From positions 160,001-224,000 of the IMG/VR virus record IMGVR_UViG_3300005326_000040: a stretch of 64,000 bases of DNA. One strand, given 5' to 3'. The DNA is from a virus. Its lineage: Duplodnaviria > Caudoviricetes. The position numbers and the translations under genes are program-made. Position 1 is the first letter of the stretch. Each line of letters starts with the position of its first letter. The notes under the pieces were generated by a model. It had not been told where the DNA came from. It did not search any database and saw only the letters and a list, made by a program, of their open reading frames with translations. Positions 35,928-45,154 of the stretch are shown here, one piece after another.

Positions 35928-36137
35928 ATGACTAATAAGATCGATGGAAAAGACTTTTACTTTGCCTTTGGGAATGCCGATGAAGGCGGCAAGTATATGA
36001 CTAACAAGATCAATGGAAAAGACTTTTATTTCGCCTTTGGGGATGCTGATGAAGGAGGAGGAAAGCATATGACTAACAAGATCAATGGAAAAGACTTTTA
36101 CTTTGCTTTTGGGAATGCTGATGAAGGAGGCAAGTAT
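35928..36137 (+). repeat. three in-frame tandem repeats (69, 72, 69 bp)
   Basis: Units at 35928, 35997, 36069, each starting ATGACTAA(T/C)AAGATC. Confidence 0.95.
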
Positions 36138-36356
36138 ATGTCAATTGTATCAAAAGAATATTGGAAGCAGAGGCATTGTGTTGAAGACAAATCTTTTGAT
36201 ATTAGTCATTTGATTCCGTATTTCCACAGTGAAGATATGGAATCTCTTTGGTTCCTTTATGATACTTCAGAAGAACAAGTTAGACAAGATATGGAAGACG
36301 CTGGATTTGAATATTCGGATGATTTCGCTGACTTTTTAGATAAGCATCCAATTTAA
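35928..36356 (+). CDS. hypothetical protein with triplicated N-terminal segment
   Basis: AAGGA RBS; three MTNKI.GKDFYFAFG.ADEGG units followed by a unique C-terminus. Confidence 0.8.
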   Translation: MTNKIDGKDFYFAFGNADEGGKYMTNKINGKDFYFAFGDADEGGGKHMTNKINGKDFYFAFGNADEGGKYMSIVSKEYWKQRHCVEDKSFDISHLIPYFHSEDMESLWFLYDTSEEQVRQDMEDAGFEYSDDFADFLDKHPI

Positions 36357-36375
36357 ATTAATATCAAAGGACAAA

Positions 36376-36609
36376 ATGATTTATCATATTTGGAGACAGG
36401 CAGAAGGTGCAATAGATAAAACAACAGGGCAAGCTATTTGTACATATCATTGTGTAACTATTGGAGGGGAAGATGAACATTATGATGCGGTTCATGAGAT
36501 GGGAAATAAGATTGTTTACTTCTTCCAAGCTGATACGTGGCATGAGGCTATGGTAGAATACGATTCATGGCGCCGAGCGCAGGAAAAGAAACAATGGAAA
36601 GCGCATTAA
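36376..36609 (+). CDS. hypothetical protein
   Basis: AAGGA RBS, 77 aa. Confidence 0.7.
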   Translation: MIYHIWRQAEGAIDKTTGQAICTYHCVTIGGEDEHYDAVHEMGNKIVYFFQADTWHEAMVEYDSWRRAQEKKQWKAH

Positions 36610-36830
36610 GATGACAGCAAAAGAAGCGCTGGAAAGAATTAGAAAGGTAAATGAACGTCTTTCTAAAATAGCAAGCGGAGAACTTCGGCCAAGGGTTATT
36701 GTTCAAACCCATGATGGTGGTGTTCGTATCTCAGCTAAGATAGTATTGGAAGAGAGCAAACTGATGCCTAATGAAAACTAGCTTGTCTTTTTGATTTCAA
36801 CGGAGAATACGTTTACAGGGGATAAACGTT

Positions 36831-37907
36831 ATGAGCACCGATGACGACGATAGAAGTTTTCGTTTCGAGTGGGCAAAGTTAGCAAATCAATTCAATGAAA
36901 AGGTTCGTTCTGATTTACTGGAAAGAAGTGGAGGAGATGCTGCTTCTTTGGTAATGTCAAAAGAGAATTTTATGCAAATGGGAGCGTCCCTTTGGGAACA
37001 TACCTATGCTGTTTGTCCAGATAATGATTCTGCTGCTTTTGATAACTTGCTTAAGTACTGGACTAGGACGGGACAGGAAACCCTTGTTCTTGCTGCTGGC
37101 TCTCCTGACATGCAGCTTACGCTTGGTTGGGTAGCCCGCTGGGCCGATCAAGCGTTCCCTCAAGTAATTCTTGGTCAAAGAACAGCAGCGGCTTTGATGG
37201 GGACATCCGCTTCCGAAGAAGTTGTAGAGAATCTTCATGCTCCTTGGAAGGCGTTTCTTGTCAATATCCCTCCTGGATTGTTGACTATTTATGATGATAC
37301 TGTTAAGCGGCAGGTATCAGCAACGTCTTTGGCTGTTCATGAAACGACGCGAGCGGGAGTTGGGACAACTTGGAATTGGCGCCTATCTTCTATGGAGTCT
37401 ACTGTTCAATTGTGGCAGTTTGGAATTACAACTAAGGAATTGGTTCAAGCAGACCTTTATGGATTCAGTGATAAGGAACTAGAAGACCTATTTGCCGACA
37501 GCGTAGATGACCAAGATAAGCGTCTTATGAGGCTTGTTGGTAGGTTGATTGTTGGCATCTGTCTCACTTTCCCTGACAACAACAAACGAGTAGGCGCTGG
37601 CCATAAGAAAGGCGCGCCTTTTCATGGATTTATCAAACAGGGAGAAGAGTTTGTTTGTGTTTCTCGGAGCTATGAACTAAGACCTCCTATCACAATTGAT
37701 TGCCGAGAGGCGATTAAGGATTATGTTGAACATGGGTCCAGGAGAGGTCACAGTCCTACTGTTCGTACGCTTGTTCGTGGAACCTATCGGCGACCTCCTC
37801 GGGGCATTGAAAAGGGACTGCCAAAGACAGTTTGGGTACAACCTCATTGGCGCGGCCCTAAGGATGCTCCTATTGTGGTTCGCGCGCATAAAGATAAGAA
37901 TCAATAA
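36831..37907 (+). CDS. hypothetical phage protein
   Basis: 358-aa ORF; C-terminal VRG.YR...WVQPHWRGP motif. Confidence 0.85.
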   Translation: MSTDDDDRSFRFEWAKLANQFNEKVRSDLLERSGGDAASLVMSKENFMQMGASLWEHTYAVCPDNDSAAFDNLLKYWTRTGQETLVLAAGSPDMQLTLGWVARWADQAFPQVILGQRTAAALMGTSASEEVVENLHAPWKAFLVNIPPGLLTIYDDTVKRQVSATSLAVHETTRAGVGTTWNWRLSSMESTVQLWQFGITTKELVQADLYGFSDKELEDLFADSVDDQDKRLMRLVGRLIVGICLTFPDNNKRVGAGHKKGAPFHGFIKQGEEFVCVSRSYELRPPITIDCREAIKDYVEHGSRRGHSPTVRTLVRGTYRRPPRGIEKGLPKTVWVQPHWRGPKDAPIVVRAHKDKNQ

Positions 37908-37950
37908 AAGATATGAATTAGCTATAGCCTAAACAACTAGAAAGAAAGAC

Positions 37951-38316
37951 ATGCCTTCTAATAAGCTAATTAGGATGATCTATTTAGAAGTGGGTCGGGA
38001 ACCAAGAGTAATTGATCTTGGTTTTGATTGGGGTAAACAAGAACAATTGAAAGAATGGACTGATCTTCTTGGTATTAATTTTGGTTGGTATAGATTGTAC
38101 AGTAAAATTTCGGGCGATCGTGCAATGCATGATTATGAAGGCGAATGTAAAACAGGTTATTCTCTATTGTTTGAAAGGTCTTACAGACTGTTTCAAATTA
38201 AGAGTCCTAATGTTAACGCCATTATTGCAAAAGGTGATGGTGTGCTTCAGTCTATGAAGTGTCAAGACATCACTGAAATCTTTGAATTTATCGAAGCTTG
38301 CAAAAGACTGCCGTAA
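37951..38316 (+). CDS. DUF3846-like paralog 6
   Basis: IRMIYLEVGREPRVIDL...SMKCQDITEIFEFIE. Confidence 0.65.
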   Translation: MPSNKLIRMIYLEVGREPRVIDLGFDWGKQEQLKEWTDLLGINFGWYRLYSKISGDRAMHDYEGECKTGYSLLFERSYRLFQIKSPNVNAIIAKGDGVLQSMKCQDITEIFEFIEACKRLP

Positions 38317-38620
38317 AATGTCTCGAAAAACCATAGTAGATAAACGTAAACATAAGGTTTCTATTGAATATAAAGACGAGGAGGTTTTCTTTAAGGGTGA
38401 TACAGTTGGTATAAGGCTATTCAAAAGGGACGAAAACGATAACCATATTCTTTTTCAGCTGCTAGTAGAGGATGATGGGGATTGGTTTCCAAGCAATGGT
38501 GGTGTTTCAACATATTTTCTTGACGAGCATTTCGTTATTATAGATACCGTAAAGCAATGGTTGTATATGAATTGTGAACCTGATGGTAATGGTGGCTGGA
38601 AGTTCAAAGGCGGGAAGTAA
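38282..38620 (+). CDS. hypothetical protein (start may be ATG 38318)
   Basis: ORF between flanking genes. Confidence 0.65.
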   Translation: MNLSKLAKDCRKMSRKTIVDKRKHKVSIEYKDEEVFFKGDTVGIRLFKRDENDNHILFQLLVEDDGDWFPSNGGVSTYFLDEHFVIIDTVKQWLYMNCEPDGNGGWKFKGGK

Positions 38621-38622
38621 AA

Positions 38623-39408
38623 ATGGGCGACATTATTCGTTATCCTAGAACCTTACACATACGTGGCTCACGTAAAACTGGAGATGATTTTGAACTAGAA
38701 GATGTTTCTTTTGAGGAAGCGCTTCAAGGCAAGTATGTTGTTTACGAGGCGAAAATTGACGGTTCAAATTGTGCCGTTAGTTTTGAAGACTCACGAATGA
38801 TTCTTCAGTCTCGTGGTCATGAGCTTCGTGGCGGGCCAAGAGAAAGAGAATTTCAGCAGCTTAGAATTTGGGCAAACAGATATCAGCATGACTTGTTTGA
38901 TATTTTAGGCAATCGTTATATCTTTTATGCAGAGAACATGTTTGCAAAACATACTGTATTTTACGATAACCTTCCTCATTGGATATTTGAATTTGACATT
39001 TTTGATAAGGAAAGAAGACTTTTCCTTTCTACCAAAGCTCGTCGTCGTCTTCTAGAAGGTCTTGAGTATGTAGCTGCTCCTGTTGTATATGAGGGGACAG
39101 CCACAACACTAGAGCATTTGAAATCTTTTATTGGGCGTTCGGCATATAAGACTGACAATTGGAAGGAGAATTTGGGGCTTCAAGCTGAAAGATGTAATTA
39201 TGATGTCGCTCTTGCGATAGCTCAAACCGATCAATCTGATTTGGATGAGGGAATTTATATCAAGGTTGAAACTGAAGAAGAAACGGTTGGGCGATATAAG
39301 TTTGTAAGAGACAGCTTTACGAATAGCATTTTGAATCAAGGGTCTCATTGGCATGATAGGACTTTGATTCCTAATCAGCTGGCAGATAGTCACTGCTTTA
39401 AACTGTAG
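38623..39408 (+). CDS. RNA ligase family protein (Rnl2-like nucleotidyltransferase)
   Basis: YPRT.HI, motif I KIDG.N, AENMFAKH..FY, FEFDIFD, EGIYIK, YKFVR. Confidence 0.88.
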   Translation: MGDIIRYPRTLHIRGSRKTGDDFELEDVSFEEALQGKYVVYEAKIDGSNCAVSFEDSRMILQSRGHELRGGPREREFQQLRIWANRYQHDLFDILGNRYIFYAENMFAKHTVFYDNLPHWIFEFDIFDKERRLFLSTKARRRLLEGLEYVAAPVVYEGTATTLEHLKSFIGRSAYKTDNWKENLGLQAERCNYDVALAIAQTDQSDLDEGIYIKVETEEETVGRYKFVRDSFTNSILNQGSHWHDRTLIPNQLADSHCFKL

Positions 39409-39416
39409 GTGTTATC

Positions 39417-39767
39417 TTGGACGACAAACCTAGGCTTTTTCGGGTAATAATTATTGACCCCAAAAAGGAACCAAAAGTTGTAGATATGCCGATTACATAT
39501 AGTAGCTTATGTAAAATATTGGGTAGGTCATATGGTGCTTGTCGCCTGAATCATCCTCTGGCGAATTGCGATAACTACAAAGTTTATTATCGATATGGTA
39601 GTTTAGATTTAAATCTAGAATCATTAGATTCGCCCGCAATAATAATAAAACAACCGAGATTTTGCAATGTAACGTCGCTAAATTGCAACGATATTACTCT
39701 TATTATGAAATACATTGAAGATGGCAAACAAAGGTTAACAACGCCAGTGCGGCCGGTATCTTTTTAG
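39417..39767 (+). CDS. DUF3846-like paralog 7
   Basis: TTG start; FRVIIIDPKKEPKVVD...SLNCNDITLIMKYIE. Confidence 0.75.
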   Translation: MDDKPRLFRVIIIDPKKEPKVVDMPITYSSLCKILGRSYGACRLNHPLANCDNYKVYYRYGSLDLNLESLDSPAIIIKQPRFCNVTSLNCNDITLIMKYIEDGKQRLTTPVRPVSF

Positions 39768-39780
39768 AACAGGTGTTGTC

Positions 39781-40110
39781 TTGGATAATGACCTCAAGCT
39801 TTTTCGAGTAATAATCATTGAGCCTAAAAAGGAACCAAAAGTAAAAGTTATAGACACACCAATTACATATCGTGTTTTGTGTGCTATGTTTGGTCCGTCG
39901 TATGGTGCGTCTTTTATGCCAACTATGCCACAATACAGAATTTATTATAGCTACAGAGTTTCGCCTATCGATGTAACTAAGTTAAATTCGCGTGCTATAA
40001 TAGTGAAACAACCAATATTTCTTGAGAGGACATCGCTAAATTGCAATGATATTACTCTTATTATGAAACACATTGAAGAGAACAAACCGAGAGTAGCAGA
40101 ACCAGCATAG
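39781..40110 (+). CDS. DUF3846-like paralog 8
   Basis: TTG start; FRVIIIEPKKEPKVKVID...SLNCNDITLIMKHIE. Confidence 0.75.
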   Translation: MDNDLKLFRVIIIEPKKEPKVKVIDTPITYRVLCAMFGPSYGASFMPTMPQYRIYYSYRVSPIDVTKLNSRAIIVKQPIFLERTSLNCNDITLIMKHIEENKPRVAEPA

Positions 40111-40118
40111 GTGATATC

Positions 40119-40496
40119 TTGAACGATAGGTTGTTTGTTCGGGTAATAATTGTTGCTCCTGGAAAAGAGCCGGAAGTTAAAGACATACTATTTACGTACG
40201 AAAACTTATGCAAGGTTCTTGGTGGAGGTTATTTTACTCGTCTTCTTGGGTCTGATCTTCCAACAGTTAATTACAAAATTGCTTGTCGTAAAACTGATAG
40301 TAATGTAGGCGAGCTTCAGTTGGGTGTGCCGTACAGCATGGTTATAATATTTAAAGTAGACGGCTTGTCAGTAAAACAGATGCTTTGTAGCGATATAACT
40401 TTTATCATGAACTACATTGAACAACAGAAACGTGTATACGAAGCTCTTTCAAATTCAGAGATATTCATGAGGAAGATATTCATGAGGAAGCTATGA
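40119..40496 (+). CDS. DUF3846-like paralog 9
   Basis: TTG start; VRVIIVAPGKEPEVKD...MLCSDITFIMNYIE. Confidence 0.75.
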   Translation: MNDRLFVRVIIVAPGKEPEVKDILFTYENLCKVLGGGYFTRLLGSDLPTVNYKIACRKTDSNVGELQLGVPYSMVIIFKVDGLSVKQMLCSDITFIMNYIEQQKRVYEALSNSEIFMRKIFMRKL

Positions 40497-40774
40497 AACT
40501 GGAAGATAAGAAAAGGCTGCTGGAAATTAGGCGAGAGCTTTTGGATTTGGTTGATGAATTGCAAATGCTTCTTCGTCGGTCAGGAAATAATTTTGTTTAT
40601 GAGCGAGCCAAGGCTTATTGGCTTGGGCATTTGGACAATGCGGTGGAAGGGATTTCTAAACACGATTCATGTATGGATGAAACTTTACGCGACTTGGATA
40701 TTGACCCAGAAGCAGAGTCTGATGATTTGGAAGAAGACGCCGAAGAAGAAAAGGAAGGATCAGAAGATTCTTAA
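40493..40774 (+). CDS. hypothetical protein with acidic tail
   Basis: 93-aa ORF, ATGA overlap. Confidence 0.7.
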   Translation: MKLEDKKRLLEIRRELLDLVDELQMLLRRSGNNFVYERAKAYWLGHLDNAVEGISKHDSCMDETLRDLDIDPEAESDDLEEDAEEEKEGSEDS

Positions 40775-40801
40775 TCCACTCATATTTTAGTATCCTTTCA
40801 A

Positions 40802-41335
40802 ATGGATACTAAAAACGATGGCATTGGGGTTTATGTAAATCTTTTGCAGGAAAACGGAAGCCATCAATTGGCATTGAAGTTTTTGAATTCAGGCGTTGAG
40901 GGAACGATTCCGTTGAGCCCGTCACAATATAAACATATCCTTGGTTTAATTAATAATGATTTTGTGACATCTGTTCGGTCCCCATCCTCTCTTGCACCAG
41001 CGGAAGATGACAGTTCGTTGGTTTCTGGTCTGCGTTATATGATTCCTTTTGAGGATTTGAATGGGGTATATGAGAGTGCTGATCGAAACTCTCGTATAAT
41101 TATGGTTCATGTAGATCCATTAAAAGAAGAGATGCTTTTCTATAGAGTTTCTCCTAAGCCTAACAATAAAGTTGTTTCATTTTCTGCTCCGATGGGATGG
41201 ATGAAAACTCTTCCGAAAGCCGACTTGGGAAAGGTTCAGATTGTAAACCAAGGAAAAGCTATAAGGTTCGGGGATTTGGACATAGCTAGCACAGATTTGA
41301 TTAGCTGGTTCGGGCATAACTATAAGGATGTGTAA
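40802..41335 (+). CDS. hypothetical protein (C-terminus DUF2442-like)
   Basis: SAPMGWMKTL..ADL.KVQI...G.AIRFGDLD resembles DUF2442 pattern. Confidence 0.5.
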   Translation: MDTKNDGIGVYVNLLQENGSHQLALKFLNSGVEGTIPLSPSQYKHILGLINNDFVTSVRSPSSLAPAEDDSSLVSGLRYMIPFEDLNGVYESADRNSRIIMVHVDPLKEEMLFYRVSPKPNNKVVSFSAPMGWMKTLPKADLGKVQIVNQGKAIRFGDLDIASTDLISWFGHNYKDV

Positions 41336-41516
41336 CGTGAAGGTAAAAGAACTCATCAAGGAACTTCAAAAGCAAAATCAGGAACTGGAAGTTCTTACTG
41401 GCGATAATGAGCGCTGGTTCTATAACACTTCAAGGGTAAAGACGGCAAAACTGTATGAAGGAAGAGAAGATGATGAATCTAAAGATGCTGAGCTTTGCGT
41501 TGTAATTTGCTCGTAA
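41328..41516 (+). CDS. hypothetical protein
   Basis: 62-aa ORF. Confidence 0.65.
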   Translation: MCNVKVKELIKELQKQNQELEVLTGDNERWFYNTSRVKTAKLYEGREDDESKDAELCVVICS

Positions 41517-41547
41517 GTTGTTTAGCAATACTTAAGCATTTCTGTGA

Positions 41548-42213
41548 ATGTCCCACGATGAGAATCCATTAGCTTTTTACTTACTTAAGTATGCCGATTA
41601 CGCATACTGGAAAAAGTGGTATGCGGCTAATAAAGAAAAGTTCAACGCCACTGTAAATAAACACAAGCAGAATCGGCGTAAAGAATTCCAAAAGCTAATT
41701 GATGAGAAGAAAGATATTCCCTGTCTTCATTGTGGGAAATCGTTTCCTCCGGCTGCCATGGATTTAGTCCATAGGGATGGAGAAGAAAAGAAATTCAGTC
41801 TTTCAAATGCAACACGATTGATTTATTCTCTTGATAAACTGCAAGAAGAACTAAACAAATGTGATGTATATTGTGCTAATTGTGTAAAAACTTTGAAGAC
41901 TGAACAGTTCCTAGAAGATTCTTCCGACACTTCTACTCGGGAACGTCGCCGCAAGAAGCTGAAAGGCATCGTTGATTCCATAAAAGATACGGTTTGCTCG
42001 GAGTGTGGTGAAAAATTTCCACCATACGTTATGGAATTAGACCATGTGGACCCATCCAAAAAAACCGATTCCATTTCAAAAATGATTACGAAAGAAAAGC
42101 CTCTTGAAAAGATTTTAGACGAGCTTGGGCAGACGAGGGTTATATGTACAAACTGTCATCGGATACATACATATAATCAACGTCACCCAGCGGAGCTAGA
42201 AGAAGAGGAATGA
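41548..42213 (+). CDS. protein with two tandem HNH-like domains
   Basis: CLHC..MDLVH..KCDVYCANC and CSEC..MELDHVDP..ICTNCHRIHT. Confidence 0.85.
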   Translation: MSHDENPLAFYLLKYADYAYWKKWYAANKEKFNATVNKHKQNRRKEFQKLIDEKKDIPCLHCGKSFPPAAMDLVHRDGEEKKFSLSNATRLIYSLDKLQEELNKCDVYCANCVKTLKTEQFLEDSSDTSTRERRRKKLKGIVDSIKDTVCSECGEKFPPYVMELDHVDPSKKTDSISKMITKEKPLEKILDELGQTRVICTNCHRIHTYNQRHPAELEEEE

Positions 42214-42716
42214 AAGATCATATCGCCTACCTAAAATACGTTCTTCGTCACAAATATTACGTTCTTCAAGGCTGCTTTATGGTGCAAGCATCTTTGTGGC
42301 TTGCGCTAATTCACGATTGGTCTAAATTTTTACCATCTGAATGGTTCCCTTATGTAAGGGCGTTCTACAATAAAGACGGTTCCAGTAAGTATGAAGAGAC
42401 GGACGAATTCAATTACGCCTGGAAATATCATCAGAATCGGCAAAAACACCACCATCAATATTGGCTTTTGAAGATGGATGATGGTAGAGTTGTCCCTCTC
42501 AAAATGCCTGAAAAATATGTTAGAGAGATGTTGGGCGATTGGATTGGGGCAGGATTAGTCATCACAGGAAAACTAGAAGTATGGGATTGGTACGAAAAGA
42601 ATAAAGAAAACATGATCCTCCATGAGGATACGAGAAAACTTGTGGAAGATATTCTTGGCAAATTAAAAGCTCAATACGAAAAAATACTGGAAGAAATACG
42701 AAATGAAGTTCTGTAA
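42210..42716 (+). CDS. HD-superfamily phosphohydrolase (DUF5662-like)
   Basis: RHKYYV, IHDWSKF..E, AW.YH..R.KHH.QYW, EMLGDW. Confidence 0.75.
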   Translation: MKDHIAYLKYVLRHKYYVLQGCFMVQASLWLALIHDWSKFLPSEWFPYVRAFYNKDGSSKYEETDEFNYAWKYHQNRQKHHHQYWLLKMDDGRVVPLKMPEKYVREMLGDWIGAGLVITGKLEVWDWYEKNKENMILHEDTRKLVEDILGKLKAQYEKILEEIRNEVL

Positions 42717-43170
42717 ACCTTCTGATGAACTTAATAAAGCTTTTCTAGACTATATTGCGTACGAAAAAGACCTTATCAAAATGTTGGGTGAGGAATGGGA
42801 TATTGCGGAATCTCTTGTTTTAACAAACGCAGATGCTGTTTTTACTTTGCAAGAACAGCCTGGAGGAAATGATAATCCACTGTATATGAGTTTGGAGTTT
42901 GGTTTGGATGATATTTTGAGCGGTTTTGATAACCTAATTGAATCCAAGAGTCGAAGAAGTAGTTCTCTTCCTAAGAATTTGGGATTGTACTATTTTGTAT
43001 ATGGTCGGGTTGTAATGATTTATGCTGTGGATACTAATATGGAAGGTACGAAGTACATCACTGATTCGCTCGCGTCTTTCAAGTTGAAGACGGCGGATTA
43101 TTTCTCAGAGAAGATGTTGAATCGATATCGGCTAGGGGAAATTGTAGCAGTGGAGAGGGCCGATGCTTGA
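42703..43170 (+). CDS. hypothetical protein
   Basis: 155-aa ORF. Confidence 0.7.
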   Translation: MKFCKPSDELNKAFLDYIAYEKDLIKMLGEEWDIAESLVLTNADAVFTLQEQPGGNDNPLYMSLEFGLDDILSGFDNLIESKSRRSSSLPKNLGLYYFVYGRVVMIYAVDTNMEGTKYITDSLASFKLKTADYFSEKMLNRYRLGEIVAVERADA

Positions 43171-43366
43171 AGCGATCAAATGTGATTGTAAAGGTTGTGC
43201 AGAAAAGCCTACGTTAGTATGTGCTTGTCGTAGATGCGGTGGCGTGCTTGATGACGATGATGAGAAGTTTCATTGCTGTGATAAACACACGGAAGAAGCT
43301 GGCGATAATCATTATCGGGTAAGAGGCAGACTTGCTGTGTGGGTAAGTTATGGGCAAACAGACTAA
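43163..43366 (+). CDS. small Cys-rich (Zn-binding) protein
   Basis: GAGG RBS; eight Cys in 67 aa. Confidence 0.65.
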   Translation: MLEAIKCDCKGCAEKPTLVCACRRCGGVLDDDDEKFHCCDKHTEEAGDNHYRVRGRLAVWVSYGQTD

Positions 43367-43703
43367 GGCTAGTATTTTAAAAATTCCTTTGGGGTCTACA
43401 TTATACGGAAAGAATGGAGCTAGATGGGCGGCAGAGTTTCTTAATAATCAATTGCATGATGATGACAAACGATTTAATCGCGCCGTATTTGTTACGGGGC
43501 GAGGCTTTTCAACTTTTGCCGAAAATGCTTTTGCGGAATTTTTTGAAATATATGTTGATAGAGAAAAGACAGAAGTTGGAAGTTATCTTATTGTATTTGT
43601 GAGAGATCAATCTCCTATGGTTTTTGATCTTGAACATGACGGTATCCGTGTGATTCAATACCAAAGACCTGTTCCAATAGGAACAATATCATGGGAAAGG
43701 TAA
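43350..43703 (+). CDS. hypothetical protein
   Basis: 117-aa ORF. Confidence 0.65.
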   Translation: MGKQTKASILKIPLGSTLYGKNGARWAAEFLNNQLHDDDKRFNRAVFVTGRGFSTFAENAFAEFFEIYVDREKTEVGSYLIVFVRDQSPMVFDLEHDGIRVIQYQRPVPIGTISWER

Positions 43704-43707
43704 AGCT

Positions 43708-43986
43708 ATGACTAAAAATAAAGCCGACCCAGAATATGTTTGGGGAGCAATTGTTAATCTAGGTGGAGGTTTACATTCCTCTAAACCAATGCGGTTTACA
43801 AAACGTGATTTTGGTGGTTGGTGGCGCGGCAACGATGTTATTTATAAGCTTGGTTTTCATCATGACAGAGATGGCTTTGCTTCGTTTGCTTCCACAGACA
43901 AACGAGAAGTAGAACTGTTTTGTCTTGGCGCTTCAACGGTGTGTAAGTTTCTTTCTAATTGGACTAGGCAAGGAGCAAAAGATTGA
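43708..43986 (+). CDS. hypothetical protein
   Basis: 92-aa ORF. Confidence 0.7.
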   Translation: MTKNKADPEYVWGAIVNLGGGLHSSKPMRFTKRDFGGWWRGNDVIYKLGFHHDRDGFASFASTDKREVELFCLGASTVCKFLSNWTRQGAKD

Positions 43987-43989
43987 TTA

Positions 43990-44454
43990 ATGGATACTAC
44001 AGCTATTTATCCCAATCGGGTTGATGATAAACTTCAAGTAGAGAATAAAATTGGAATCCCTGAGTTTGGAAACGATTCTATTGATCTTTACGTTCCTGGC
44101 GGCCCTTTATTCTCTAAAGGCTATGTAAGGGTCGTGTATGGTGATCACGGCCCTTACATTGAATTTGAGGAAAAGCATATTCTTATTCCTATGAAGTCTA
44201 AGTTCAATAACTTTGTTGATACTGAAAACCTTCCGCCTTTGGATTATAAATGGTATTATTTCTGGTTATGCCCGCGAGCGTACCCAGACATTAAGGTTTA
44301 CCTTCAAATCAAGCCTGTTACAAGTATTCCAAATGCTCCTAAAAGAGCAGATGGAAAGCCATCTTGTTTTAATCGGGCAGAAGGATATGCTGATTACCGG
44401 AGAGGTTGTTTCTATGTGGACCCCTTTCAGTTAGAATATCGTGGCTCTAGGTAA
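43990..44454 (+). CDS. hypothetical protein
   Basis: 154-aa ORF; RVVYGDHGPYIEF..YADY..G.FYV motif. Confidence 0.75.
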   Translation: MDTTAIYPNRVDDKLQVENKIGIPEFGNDSIDLYVPGGPLFSKGYVRVVYGDHGPYIEFEEKHILIPMKSKFNNFVDTENLPPLDYKWYYFWLCPRAYPDIKVYLQIKPVTSIPNAPKRADGKPSCFNRAEGYADYRRGCFYVDPFQLEYRGSR

Positions 44455-44471
44455 TTTTTGATATATTCTCC

Positions 44472-45140
44472 ATGGACGACGAGATTCTGAAAAATTATAC
44501 ACTTGCGGCGCAACGATTAAGTAAGATTCAAAAGAAGGCTGATACAACTGATGTGGTTGATGCTATTACTCCTTTTTTAACTTTTGTGCCCACGCTCGGT
44601 TTATCTTATTTGTTTCAAGCAATAGGCGGAGCGTATGATAAGTTCGTAGGTAAACGAGCGAATTTTGTTGCGTCCGTAAAGGATTGTCTAAATCAACTTA
44701 GAAGTACCGTTACAACAGATGAAGAATTTGTTGTTTGGAACAACTATGTTAATCCGATTATCCGTGATATCTCTACCAATCTCGCCATCCTTACTCGCTT
44801 GAATATTTCGAATGTTAAAGATGCGCAAGTTTTGAATGTTCAAAAAGCAAAAGTTACCGACGCAATCAAAGCAATAGATAGAATTCGTGCCCAACTAAGT
44901 GTTGTAGCAAGTGATGATTTTCAGCATAGAGCCAGAACTGTAGGAGAAGGTTTGAGTGATACGGCGTTACGTTATCTAACCTTCAGAGGAAGTTCGGTTC
45001 AACGAGCCAAGGGTGCGGCTGAAAAAGCACTTGGGCAGACAGCTGAAACAGTTGATGGTCTTCAAGCTCTCAACAAGCAAATTATCGAAGCTGAAAGTAA
45101 GGTAGCAGCAGCAAAGGCTGACCCAAATTCTCAAGGCTAG
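44472..45140 (+). CDS. coiled-coil hypothetical protein (K-x-A motif near N-terminus)
   Basis: 222-aa ORF. Confidence 0.75.
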   Translation: MDDEILKNYTLAAQRLSKIQKKADTTDVVDAITPFLTFVPTLGLSYLFQAIGGAYDKFVGKRANFVASVKDCLNQLRSTVTTDEEFVVWNNYVNPIIRDISTNLAILTRLNISNVKDAQVLNVQKAKVTDAIKAIDRIRAQLSVVASDDFQHRARTVGEGLSDTALRYLTFRGSSVQRAKGAAEKALGQTAETVDGLQALNKQIIEAESKVAAAKADPNSQG

Positions 45141-45154
45141 ATATATAGTTTTGT

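Noticed and set aside
35928-36137. CRISPR array or DGR template/variable repeats
   Set aside because: Units are contiguous with no spacers; differences are synonymous rather than adenine-specific; no cas or reverse transcriptase gene in the window
40460-40489. 15-bp tandem duplication GATATTCATGAGGAA
   Set aside because: Simple in-frame slippage at a gene end (IFMRK twice); no evidence of function
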